From: Dehalococcoidia bacterium
GTDB taxonomy: Bacteria > Chloroflexota > Dehalococcoidia > Tepidiformales > Tepidiformaceae
Direction of reading: 5' to 3'
NCBI GenBank assembly: GCA_023382755.1
Contig: JAHDWR010000001.1
Span: 1 to 61,799 of the forward strand
Length of the DNA stretch: 61,799 nt
Shown here: positions 45,618 to 53,557 of the stretch, piece after piece
How positions within the stretch are numbered: position 1 is the first letter of the stretch
How the letters are laid out: each line of letters starts with the position of its first letter
Notes under the pieces: generated by a model
Databases searched by the model: none
What the model was told of the DNA's origin: nothing
Seen by the model: the letters and a program-made list of their open reading frames with translations, nothing else
Translations under genes and position numbers: made by a program

Positions 45618-48600
45618 CTAACGCGCGGCAGCTCTCGGCCCGGCCACTTGCTCCAGCACCTTCGTCGTCTCCGGCATCGGCTCCGCTCGCTCGTCATCGA
45701 GCGCCGCACGCAGATCCTCGATGAGCGTCTTGTACAGGCGTTTCGCGGAGTTCCGGTCGCCCGTCGCGGCGTGACACCGCATCGCTTCGCGCACGGCCTC
45801 CTCGTCGATGGGGTCCCTTTGCAGGACGGCGTCGTAGAAGCTAAGGGCGAGCTTCGGGTCACGCAGGTCACGCGCCAGCTTCGCGGCCCGGTGGGCTGCC
45901 GTGATGAACCGCTTCTGGTAGTCGCGCCGGTAGGCGTCGGCCCATTCGTAGTCTTCGTCGGCGAGGAAATCGGACGTGCAGAGTTCCAGCGCCCGCTGGT
46001 ACTCGACCAAGGCGTCAAAGCCCTGGAGGCGCTCGGCCCGCGCGAGATGTGCGTCGAAGGCGTCCACGTCTGTGCGGAAGATGCCTGTCCGAAGCGTGTA
46101 GCGCTGGCGCGCAGCGACGAGGATCTCGCCCTCGAGATCCGGGACTGCCCGGCTCAGGGTGCGACGGACGTAGTAGGCGGCGTTGGGCAGCGGGTGCCCT
46201 CCCTGGTTCTCTCCGCTTAGCCCGAGTGCCTCTGCTGCCGTATCTCGCAGGACCGGCGAGCCGCCGTGGGCGAGAAGGTAGGCGAGCAGCTCCCGCGCCT
46301 TCTGGATCGACCAGCCATCGACCTCTCCGGCGTCTGTCTCGACACGGAACGTCCCAAAGAGACGCGCCCGGAACACGGGACCATCCTCGCTGTCCGACTC
46401 CCCGTCGGTGCCATCGAGCGGGAGCGATGCCTGTCTGTCCGCGGACTTGGGAGGCATGGCGTCCGGCTCCTCGAGAACCCTCACCGCCTCTTCCGGATGG
46501 GTCTCGTTCCACGATAGAGGGGCTGCCAGATCGGTGGCATCAGTGGACGCGTAGCCGTCCGCGAACCGTTCTTCGTCGATCTCCGGCCAGGTTTCCGATG
46601 GGGCGTGGCCGTTGTGAGGTGCTGACGATGTCGGGGACTCGGGCGTCGCAGGCACGGGCGTTGCCGTATTCGCGCGAGGGCGGTGCGCAACCTGCCGCCG
46701 GACCACGACAGGCTCCAGGTGGAGCGGAGGCAGCTGAGGCGGGGTCAGCGTGATCATGCCGGGCTCCCCGGACTGCTCGCCTTCGCCGAAGACCACACTG
46801 GCTCCGAAAGAATGCCGCGTGTCGGCGGCCTCGACCAACTCGGCGAAGGCGATCACGAAGATACCTCGCCCTGGACCCTGCCGAAGGATGCCTTCCATCT
46901 CAGCAACGGTGCTGGCTGGCTCGGGGTTCGGCCCTACCAGCGTCAGGAGCGCAGGCGCTTCCTGGTCCCCCTCGCGCGCGAACAGCATGCTCTCGAGCCA
47001 TCGGGCGAAGGCCGCAGGCGAGTCCGCGGGCGGACCGGCGTCGGCTGGACCTGGCAACAGCCCCAGGCAGTCGCTGAGGGAAGCCCCCGCAGCCTCGTCC
47101 GCGACTGCGGTGATCGTGCCTTCTGGATGGAGCGAATCGAGGGTGGCGAACCAGCTCGTGAGGAGGTCGCGTCCCTCCAGCCGTCCACCAACGACGAGGA
47201 CGCTGCCGACGGCTGCGAGGTTGAGGTAGTGGATGCCGGAATCCGAAGCACCGACCGGCACGAGGAGTGGCTGATGGCTGTCGCCTGTATCACCGAGGAG
47301 CGCCGCCGCCAGCTGATTCATGCGCGAGAGCTTCAGCCGGACGGCCGTCGCCCCCAGGAGCTCGCCATCGACGGCGCATCCGAGCTGGCGGCCGAGTGCG
47401 TAGCGAGATTCGACCAGCGCCTCGGCATCGCCAGGCGGGCAGTCGAGCGTGAACTCCAGGTAACGGTCGGATTCGCGGGCGAGGACGATGGCCGTGGCGG
47501 CGAAATCAAGCTCCGCCAGTGCCGACAGGAGCGCGGTACTCGTCGCCAGCACGCGGGCCGCATCGCCGGACCCTGCTGGCCGGCGTTCGGGGCGTCCGTT
47601 GGAGTGCCAGGCCCGGCGCCGCGCTCGTCGAAACACCAGCAGCATCGCCGCCCCACCGACCGTTATCACGGCTGCCGCGGCCACGACTCCACCGCCGGGT
47701 GTCGGCACCGATGGCAGGGAGGGCCGAAGCTCCGGCCCGGCGCCGTCGTCATCCGCTGGAGCGATGGGGCCACCCGGGATCACCGTGGGTGTTGGCGTGG
47801 GGACGACCGCTGTGGGTTCCGGGGTCGGTGGAACAGGGGAGGGTTCGGGCGTCGGTTCCGGCTCCGGCGTCCCACCGGGGCCGTCGGCCTCGGTGACGGA
47901 TTCTGGCTCAGCGTTGCTGACGTCCTGCGGAAGTTCCAGCTGCCAGCCGGCATAGATGAGATTCGGGTCCACGAAGGTCCGTCCATCCGTCATCGTGCGC
48001 TGCTGGTTGAGCTTCCAGATCTCGACCCAGCGAAATCCGTCGCCGAGGAAGCGTTCCGCGATGCCCCAGAGGTGGTCGCCTCGCGCCACGGTGTAAGTAT
48101 CAGGGACGGTTTCCACCGCCACCGCTGGCGCGGCCGTTGACGGGACGGTGGCCGGTTCGGCGAACACAGCCACGTGTCTCTCAACCGGCGCCTCGACGCT
48201 TCTGCTGATCGGGGCCGCGGCTGCGATCGCAGCCGACGGCATGTGGAACGTGGCACTGACCAGGATCGTCCCGGCGAGGGCGCCATCGACCACACGGCGT
48301 ACAAGCGGGAGCGTCAGCGGGGCGGTGACGCGAAGCCCGCCCCTTGCCCATGCTGCCTGATCCGTGAGGACGGCGGCCAGGCCGAACGCGAGCCGTACCA
48401 CGATGGACAGCAGCAGGTACGCCACCACGAGCCAGGCGATGCCGGTCGTCACCGTGATGACGTCCTGGTCGCTCAGCCGGGAGCCAGTCAATACGGTCTG
48501 GATATGACTCCAGTCCGGCGTCGAGGCCAGCATGCTGGGTGGCCCGGTCATCGCCCAGAGGCCAATCGCGACCGCGATGCACGCGGCCACCAGCGCGACC

Positions 48601-48662
48601 AGGCCGAGCCATCCTCCGTCCGCCTCTTGTCCTCGACTGGTCGCGAGCTCGCGTGTACTCAT
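45618..48662 (-). CDS. Membrane-anchored LysM protein with a C-terminal SARP module (OmpR-type winged helix plus BTAD)
   Basis: N-terminal TM helices (GWLGLVALVAACIAVAIGLW, IAWLVVAYLLLSIVVRLAFGLAAVL). LysM YTVARGDHLWGIAERFLGDGFRWVEIWKLN...IYAGWQLELP. Pro-rich tract, then TM VVAAAAVITVGGAAMLLVF followed by RRARRR. SARP RARLFGTFRVETDAGEVDGWSIQKARELLAYLLAHGG...YVRRTLS...DVDAFDAHL...YEWADAYRRDY...LQRDPIDEEAVREAMRCHAATGDRNSAKRLYKTLIEDL. Confidence 0.75.
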   Translation of the reverse strand: MSTRELATSRGQEADGGWLGLVALVAACIAVAIGLWAMTGPPSMLASTPDWSHIQTVLTGSRLSDQDVITVTTGIAWLVVAYLLLSIVVRLAFGLAAVLTDQAAWARGGLRVTAPLTLPLVRRVVDGALAGTILVSATFHMPSAAIAAAAPISRSVEAPVERHVAVFAEPATVPSTAAPAVAVETVPDTYTVARGDHLWGIAERFLGDGFRWVEIWKLNQQRTMTDGRTFVDPNLIYAGWQLELPQDVSNAEPESVTEADGPGGTPEPEPTPEPSPVPPTPEPTAVVPTPTPTVIPGGPIAPADDDGAGPELRPSLPSVPTPGGGVVAAAAVITVGGAAMLLVFRRARRRAWHSNGRPERRPAGSGDAARVLATSTALLSALAELDFAATAIVLARESDRYLEFTLDCPPGDAEALVESRYALGRQLGCAVDGELLGATAVRLKLSRMNQLAAALLGDTGDSHQPLLVPVGASDSGIHYLNLAAVGSVLVVGGRLEGRDLLTSWFATLDSLHPEGTITAVADEAAGASLSDCLGLLPGPADAGPPADSPAAFARWLESMLFAREGDQEAPALLTLVGPNPEPASTVAEMEGILRQGPGRGIFVIAFAELVEAADTRHSFGASVVFGEGEQSGEPGMITLTPPQLPPLHLEPVVVRRQVAHRPRANTATPVPATPESPTSSAPHNGHAPSETWPEIDEERFADGYASTDATDLAAPLSWNETHPEEAVRVLEEPDAMPPKSADRQASLPLDGTDGESDSEDGPVFRARLFGTFRVETDAGEVDGWSIQKARELLAYLLAHGGSPVLRDTAAEALGLSGENQGGHPLPNAAYYVRRTLSRAVPDLEGEILVAARQRYTLRTGIFRTDVDAFDAHLARAERLQGFDALVEYQRALELCTSDFLADEDYEWADAYRRDYQKRFITAAHRAAKLARDLRDPKLALSFYDAVLQRDPIDEEAVREAMRCHAATGDRNSAKRLYKTLIEDLRAALDDERAEPMPETTKVLEQVAGPRAAAR

Positions 48663-49600
48663 TGCCGCTGCCCCGTCAGCACGGACTGGAGCTGCTGGAC
48701 CGGGTAGTCATCACTGAACAACCGGGTGATCGGGTCGAGCGGTTCCCACGCGCCGCCGTTGACGCGGTACCGGGCCGCGAATGTGACCTCCACCGTGATG
48801 CTGTAGGCGCCGCCGGCCGCCAGCGACGACTGTTCATAGACGTGGCGGATGTCGCTCTCAGCGGGATAACGCTGCCCGAGTGATGTCGTCTCAGCGGTCG
48901 TCCCATCGCCGAAGGACCAGCGGTAGACCAGCGGCTCGATCTCCACGTCAACCGTGACACCGGGAAGCGCGTCCGATGAGCTGATGGCCGAGCCGTCGTA
49001 GCCATCGATCCAGAACCAGGACGACAGTGCGACGAGACCGGTCGCCGGGTTGGCTTCGATGGCGATATCCGGGATTGGGAGATGGTTAAGGAGTTCGAGG
49101 GCGACGGCCACCGGGTCCACGCCGTCTTCGTCAACGAAAACCACCTGGACGTTCCCGCCAGCTGGCGTGCCCACCGGAATCCAAATGAAAGCGAAGAAGC
49201 CGTCATCGCAGCTCACGCTGCCGAAGACGTGGTCGGGATGAGCTGCCTGCTCAGCCTGGTACCAGGAAGAGTTCGAGAGCACGATTCCGATGTTCTGAGC
49301 GCTGATGCGGCAGGAGCGCGAGTTGCCGGTGCTGACCGACGTATTAGAAGTTGAACCCGGTGCACTTCCCGGCGACGCTTGCGTCACGCGGATGAACACC
49401 GTTACGCCATTCGGTCCAGACTGCACCGTGGCGGCTGCCGTTTTGGAATTGCTGCGAGGCGTTCCGGCACCACCCGGAGTCGGGTCGTCCGCCAGCACGG
49501 CCAGGGGAACGACGAGAGCCAAAGCCGCGGCCGCCAGGCACACCAACCACCTGCGAGTGCCCCGGGCTAGTTCTGCCTGATGCTCCGGATGACTATCCAT
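48659..49600 (-). CDS. Secreted protein with a C-terminal PKD-like domain
   Basis: Signal-like RRWLVCLAAAALALVVPLAVLA. PKD-type motif YRWSFGDGTTAETTSLGQRYPAESDIRHVY. Confidence 0.55.
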   Translation of the reverse strand: MDSHPEHQAELARGTRRWLVCLAAAALALVVPLAVLADDPTPGGAGTPRSNSKTAAATVQSGPNGVTVFIRVTQASPGSAPGSTSNTSVSTGNSRSCRISAQNIGIVLSNSSWYQAEQAAHPDHVFGSVSCDDGFFAFIWIPVGTPAGGNVQVVFVDEDGVDPVAVALELLNHLPIPDIAIEANPATGLVALSSWFWIDGYDGSAISSSDALPGVTVDVEIEPLVYRWSFGDGTTAETTSLGQRYPAESDIRHVYEQSSLAAGGAYSITVEVTFAARYRVNGGAWEPLDPITRLFSDDYPVQQLQSVLTGQRQ

Positions 49601-50109
49601 TGTCCATCAACCTTTTCGAGGAAGAACGTGTCGACCAGGGTCTCACCGCTGCCTTCGCCTTCCGGAGGCTCATGAGTCTCGGGATCCACGTAGAAGCTGT
49701 TGTTCGTCATCTCGTCGAACACGGTAGCCGTCGTGTCCGTCAGCTCGATGACGGTTGGTCGATGCTCAATCACGACACGGAGCGCAACGCCCTGTGCACG
49801 AAACGTCTCTATCTCCTCCTTCACCTGCTGCAGTTCCTCCTCTGACGCCGCCCCCATGAGGACACTGTGGTCGAGATTCAGAACGGCTTCGGCGTAGAGA
49901 TCCCAGTAACGGAGATAGGCCGCGATCACCTCTGCCTCGGTGCCCGGAGTGGCGGTCGGCTGCGAAGCGGTCGGGTTGGCCGTTGGCGAGGTGATGGTGG
50001 CGGTCGTGGTTGGCGGAGATTCGTCATCGCTACCACCGCAGGCTGCCGCGAGCATCAGCGCGCTCCAGCCGAGCGCCAAAGCAATGCCAACCGTCCCGTT
50101 CATGCACAT
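49567..50109 (-). CDS. Lipoprotein (lipobox LAAC), possibly with an NTF2-like fold
   Basis: MCMNGTVGIALALGWSALMLAAACGGSDDE; C-terminus ...FFLEKVDGQWIVIRS. Confidence 0.55.
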   Translation of the reverse strand: MCMNGTVGIALALGWSALMLAAACGGSDDESPPTTTATITSPTANPTASQPTATPGTEAEVIAAYLRYWDLYAEAVLNLDHSVLMGAASEEELQQVKEEIETFRAQGVALRVVIEHRPTVIELTDTTATVFDEMTNNSFYVDPETHEPPEGEGSGETLVDTFFLEKVDGQWIVIRSIRQN

Positions 50110-50114
50110 GCCTC

Positions 50115-50546
50115 CTACGGTCCCGCCGTCTCGACGCCGTAGCGTGGTTCTGCGGACGCGCTGGCGCTCACTTCGACGCCATCGATGCCGATGACACGGA
50201 GGAACCCGGTCGTTGCTTGCCTCGACACCGAGACCTCCACCCGGTCCGGCAGGACGTTGACGACGTAGTCAAGACCACCTTCGGCGTCCAGGTAGAGCAC
50301 GGCCGCATCGCGGGCCAGCTGTTCGTCGATGACCACTTCACCGGTCGAGCGGTAGGCGGCCTCGTCTATTTGCATCGCTCCGGCGGCCGCGGCAGCGTCG
50401 GCGACGTTCTGGAGGTCGCGCCGCTGCGCGAACACCAGCCCGCCATCGGAGACGAGCCCGACGACGCTCACGACGCCAACCATCATCAGCGCGACCATCA
50501 CGAGCACCTGGCCCTCTTCACCGTGCAGCCGGCGGACGACGTTCAT
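50115..50546 (-). CDS. TadG-like/Tad_N pseudopilin-type protein
   Basis: GEEGQVLVMVALMMVGVVSVVGLVSDGGLVFAQRRDLQNVADAAAAAGA. Confidence 0.65.
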   Translation of the reverse strand: MNVVRRLHGEEGQVLVMVALMMVGVVSVVGLVSDGGLVFAQRRDLQNVADAAAAAGAMQIDEAAYRSTGEVVIDEQLARDAAVLYLDAEGGLDYVVNVLPDRVEVSVSRQATTGFLRVIGIDGVEVSASASAEPRYGVETAGP

Positions 50547-50992
50547 CGCGCAGCTACCTCCCGGCTCCGGTAGATGTCGATCCGCTCCGAGTGGCTGGCG
50601 CCCACGTCTACATCGAAGAAACTCAACAGCGGCAGGTCGGAGAGCGACACGTTGTAGCGGACTTCGGACATCACGGTTCCGCCACGGGCGAAACCACCGG
50701 AATCGACCTCGACAGTGAGCCGGTCGCTGTCGAGTCCGTAGCCATCGGCGACGTTCTCCCCGACCGTCAGCGCATCCGCGATGCCCTGCTCTTCTGAGGG
50801 CGCGACCGCCAGCGCCCTGCTGGACTCTCGGGCAGCTGCCTGCACCGCAATCTTCGCCTCGACCACGCGGCCGGCCGCGACCACCCCGAAGACGAGCACG
50901 AGTAGGACCGGAATCGCGAGCGCCGCCTCGACGAGCGCCTGCCCGGACTCACCAGCTGCCTCCTGCGTGTCCATGCGGAGTCTACGGACCAC
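50543..50992 (-). CDS. TadE-like pseudopilin
   Basis: ESGQALVEAALAIPVLLVLVFGVVAAGRVVEAKIAVQAAARESSR. Confidence 0.7.
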   Translation of the reverse strand: MVRRLRMDTQEAAGESGQALVEAALAIPVLLVLVFGVVAAGRVVEAKIAVQAAARESSRALAVAPSEEQGIADALTVGENVADGYGLDSDRLTVEVDSGGFARGGTVMSEVRYNVSLSDLPLLSFFDVDVGASHSERIDIYRSREVAAR

Positions 50993-51404
50993 TGCGGAAG
51001 CCCTCCTTCCGCATTTCCGCCGCGGCGTCGATCGAGATAGTCTGGTTGGCCAGCCACGGGATGATGAGCGGGTAGCCGCCGGTGGTGGTCACGGTGATCC
51101 ACTCATCCGAGTCCTCGGCCGTCACGGCGAACCCATCGCCGACGCCTCCAAGCCCTGACCGCAGGACATCCAGCGTCCGCGCCTCGGCGGCCACGGCGTC
51201 GCCATCTTCGGCCGCACCGAGCCGGGCGCCTTCCTGGGCCGCCGTCGTCGCGACATTCTGCGCGTGGTGGACCAGCGCGAACTGGACGACCCCGATCAGC
51301 ACGAGGAGAAGCAGCGGGAGCACGAGCGCGAACTCGACCATGCTCTCGCCCGCCTCACCGGTCGCGGGCGACCGGTGCCCGCGCCTAGATGCCAGCCAGT
51401 TCAT
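50982..51404 (-). CDS. TadE-like pseudopilin; start uncertain and overlaps the flp 3' end
   Basis: GEAGESMVEFALVLPLLLLVLIGVVQFALVHHAQNVATTAAQEGAR. Confidence 0.65.
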   Translation of the reverse strand: MNWLASRRGHRSPATGEAGESMVEFALVLPLLLLVLIGVVQFALVHHAQNVATTAAQEGARLGAAEDGDAVAAEARTLDVLRSGLGGVGDGFAVTAEDSDEWITVTTTGGYPLIIPWLANQTISIDAAAEMRKEGFRSGP

Positions 51405-51561
51405 CAGTGATGCTCTCGAAGACGTCGACAACACCGCCGCCGAGAGTCTCGACCGCGGTGAGGGCTACCACTGCGATGAGCGCAGTGATAAGGGCGTACT
51501 CCACCATCGACTGGCCACGTTCGTCGGTGCGTAAGGCGAGGATGCGTCGGAGCAGCTTCAT
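51385..51561 (-). CDS. flp: Flp-family type IVb pilin; 58 aa, below the ORF-track cutoff
   Basis: My own translation gives MKLLRRILALRTDERGQSMVEYALITALIAVVALTAVETLGGGVVDVFESITDELAGI. It has the Flp motif G/xxMVEYAL. ATG at 51561, stop at 51385-51387. Confidence 0.8.
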   Translation of the reverse strand: MKLLRRILALRTDERGQSMVEYALITALIAVVALTAVETLGGGVVDVFESITDELAGI

Positions 51562-51589
51562 GAGGTTCTCCTTTCTGCGTGGCCTCGTC

Positions 51590-52534
51590 TCAGTCGCTCA
51601 GCCCGAGCAGCTGCACGCCTGCCGGGTAGAGCAGGACGACGAGGAAGACGGGGAAGATGAAGAGGGCGACCGGGAAGAGCATGCGGACGCTGCTCTTCTC
51701 CCCCTCGGCGATAAGGGTGGTGCGCTTCCGCTCTCGCACGGTGTCGGCGAGCGTCAGCATCACCTGACCCAGCGGCAGCCCCTGTTCGAGCGCCGACTGC
51801 CAGGCGTCGGCCATCGAGACGATCTCCTGGACGCCCTCGCGTGCAGCCAGCGCCCGCAGCCCCTCCGGGTGGGTCATGGTGCCGAGCCCCGCCTCGCGGG
51901 CGACGTTGCGAAGGCCCTCGCCGAGGACGCCCTTCATTTGCCGGCTCACGTCCAGGAGCGCCTGCTCCGGAGACAGTCCGGCACTGGCCGCCATCGCGAG
52001 CAGGTCGAGGACGGTCGGCAATTCCATCAGGACTTGTTGGCGTCGGCGCGCGACGCGCCGCTCCAAGAGCACATCAGGCTGGATGAAGCCGAGGAACCCA
52101 CCGGCCAGCCAGGTCCAGATCGGCCAGGGCCCGAAGGGATGCAGGCCCACGAGATTGAGGGCCGGGAAGCAGGCGAAGAAGAGGAGGCCAACGGCCAGCT
52201 TCTGCCCGAAGAACTGGCTGGGCGTCATCCCCGGCCAGCCGACCGCTAGGCGCTGTTCGAGGTCGGCCATCCGCACGCCCAGGCGCGCCAGCAGCCGGCC
52301 AACCAGCCTGCCTGCGTCGTCCAGGACGGGGCGCAGCGTCCGCTCCAACGCCGGCGAAACGAACATCGATGGCCCCGCCTGCAGGCGCTCAGCTTCCATC
52401 TCGATCCGCCCCTGGGCCGACAGGCGCCGCAGCTCGAATGCCAGGTCCGGCCTGCGCCGGGCCCACGGCAGGCTCGTGACCACGAGCCAGAGCCCAAGAC
52501 CGAAGAGCCCGGCGACCGCCAGCCCCGCCGTCAT
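51590..52534 (-). CDS. tadC: TadC (type II secretion F-family inner-membrane platform protein)
   Basis: LPTVLDLLAMAASAGLSPEQALLDVSRQM...LPLGQVMLTLADTVRERKR; C-terminal TM LFPVALFIFPVFLVVLLYPAG. Confidence 0.75.
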   Translation of the reverse strand: MTAGLAVAGLFGLGLWLVVTSLPWARRRPDLAFELRRLSAQGRIEMEAERLQAGPSMFVSPALERTLRPVLDDAGRLVGRLLARLGVRMADLEQRLAVGWPGMTPSQFFGQKLAVGLLFFACFPALNLVGLHPFGPWPIWTWLAGGFLGFIQPDVLLERRVARRRQQVLMELPTVLDLLAMAASAGLSPEQALLDVSRQMKGVLGEGLRNVAREAGLGTMTHPEGLRALAAREGVQEIVSMADAWQSALEQGLPLGQVMLTLADTVRERKRTTLIAEGEKSSVRMLFPVALFIFPVFLVVLLYPAGVQLLGLSD

Positions 52535-53388
52535 TGCAGCACCCGCTCTTCACCCGGCAGACGGGTCGCCCGGAGCATCCCCGCGTAGCCGACGGCGACG
52601 CTCAGGAGGCAGAGCGCGAGGACCCCCTGCCCCTCCGCCGACGAGAACACGTCCAGGTAGTCGGGGTTGAGGCCGCGGATGACGAGGATGAGGGCCAGGG
52701 GCAGCGCGGCGATGATCCGCGCCGAGAGGACGTTCTTGGCCTGGTGAGCGCGGAGCTCCTGCTCGACCTGGATGGTCTGCCGCACGGAGCGGCTGAGCGC
52801 CTCGAGAACGGTGCTGAGGTTGCGGCCGCCGACCCGGTGCGACATCAGTAGTGCAGCGGCGACCATGTCGAAGACGGGATCGGCAATCCGCTCGCGCGAG
52901 CGTCGGATCGCTTCTTCGAAGCCGCTGACCCGGAGGTCGCGGGCAAGGTCAGTCAGAGGTGGACGGAGCACCTCCGGCCCGTTCCTGGCCAGCGACGCCA
53001 GCGCCTCCTCGACACTCATCCCGGCGCGCACGGCCGAGCGCAGCGAATCGACGGCCTCCGCGACGGCCGACTGCATCGTTGTCCGCTCGCGCTGATGGCG
53101 GTTGGTCAGATACCAGGCGGGCAGCGTGACACCGAGGAGGAAGGCGGCGGCGCTGACCATCGGCCAGCCAAGAGCCAGCTGGCCGGCAAGGGCAAGGGCC
53201 ATCCCCGTTGCTGCACTCAGGAGGATGAAGTCGCGCACGCCGACCTGCCCCGCGTTATTCCGGTCGAGGAAGGCCCGGAGCGTCGAGCGCCGCGGCTGCT
53301 CCTGGCGCGCCGGCGCCCAGCGCGTGGTCGCCGAGAGGAAGACCAGGAGCAGTCCCACGGCGAGGGTGAGCGACAGGATCAGGGGCAT
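52531..53388 (-). CDS. tadB: TadB (type II secretion F-family platform protein)
   Basis: MPLILSLTLAVGLLLVFLS...AVDSLRSAVRAGMSVEEALASLARNGPEVLRPPLTDLARDL...VGGRNLSTVLEALS. Start ATG at 53388 preceded by GGGAGG; the track extension to 53652 covers the repeat array and is implausible. Confidence 0.75.
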   Translation of the reverse strand: MPLILSLTLAVGLLLVFLSATTRWAPARQEQPRRSTLRAFLDRNNAGQVGVRDFILLSAATGMALALAGQLALGWPMVSAAAFLLGVTLPAWYLTNRHQRERTTMQSAVAEAVDSLRSAVRAGMSVEEALASLARNGPEVLRPPLTDLARDLRVSGFEEAIRRSRERIADPVFDMVAAALLMSHRVGGRNLSTVLEALSRSVRQTIQVEQELRAHQAKNVLSARIIAALPLALILVIRGLNPDYLDVFSSAEGQGVLALCLLSVAVGYAGMLRATRLPGEERVLQ

Positions 53389-53424
53389 CGGACACCTCCC
53401 GAGCACCCCATCCTGCCTGCCGTA

Positions 53425-53557
53425 GTTCCAATTCCGTTCCAACATCCGCGCCCATTCGTTCCAATCCGGGCCCGTTCGTTCCAACTTCGTTCCAATCGCT
53501 GGCGCGGCGACGCGATCCGTTCCGATCTCGCTCCAAAGGCGATGCTCATCGCTCCAA
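53425..53557 (-). promoter_or_regulatory. Array B: eight phased GTTCCAA-family heptamers in the cpaF-tadB intergenic region
   Basis: GTTCCAA at 53425, 53436, 53458, 53478 and 53489. GTTCCGA 53519. GCTCCAA 53530 and 53551. Offsets are 11/22/20/11/30/11/21. The proximal copy is 37 nt from the tadB ATG. The first four offsets are identical to array A. Confidence 0.75.

Noticed and set aside
53425-53557. Reading the heptamer plus the conserved GCA as a sigma-54 promoter (TGGCAC-N5-TTGCA), or as CsrA-type GGA RNA sites, or as replication iterons
   Set aside because: The GG-to-GC distance is 13 nt rather than the strict 12. CsrA-like sites would not need 11-bp DNA phasing, and no csrA is seen here. 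Nothing beyond the 7-mer is conserved between units, unlike 17-22-bp iterons, and no rep gene is adjacent.
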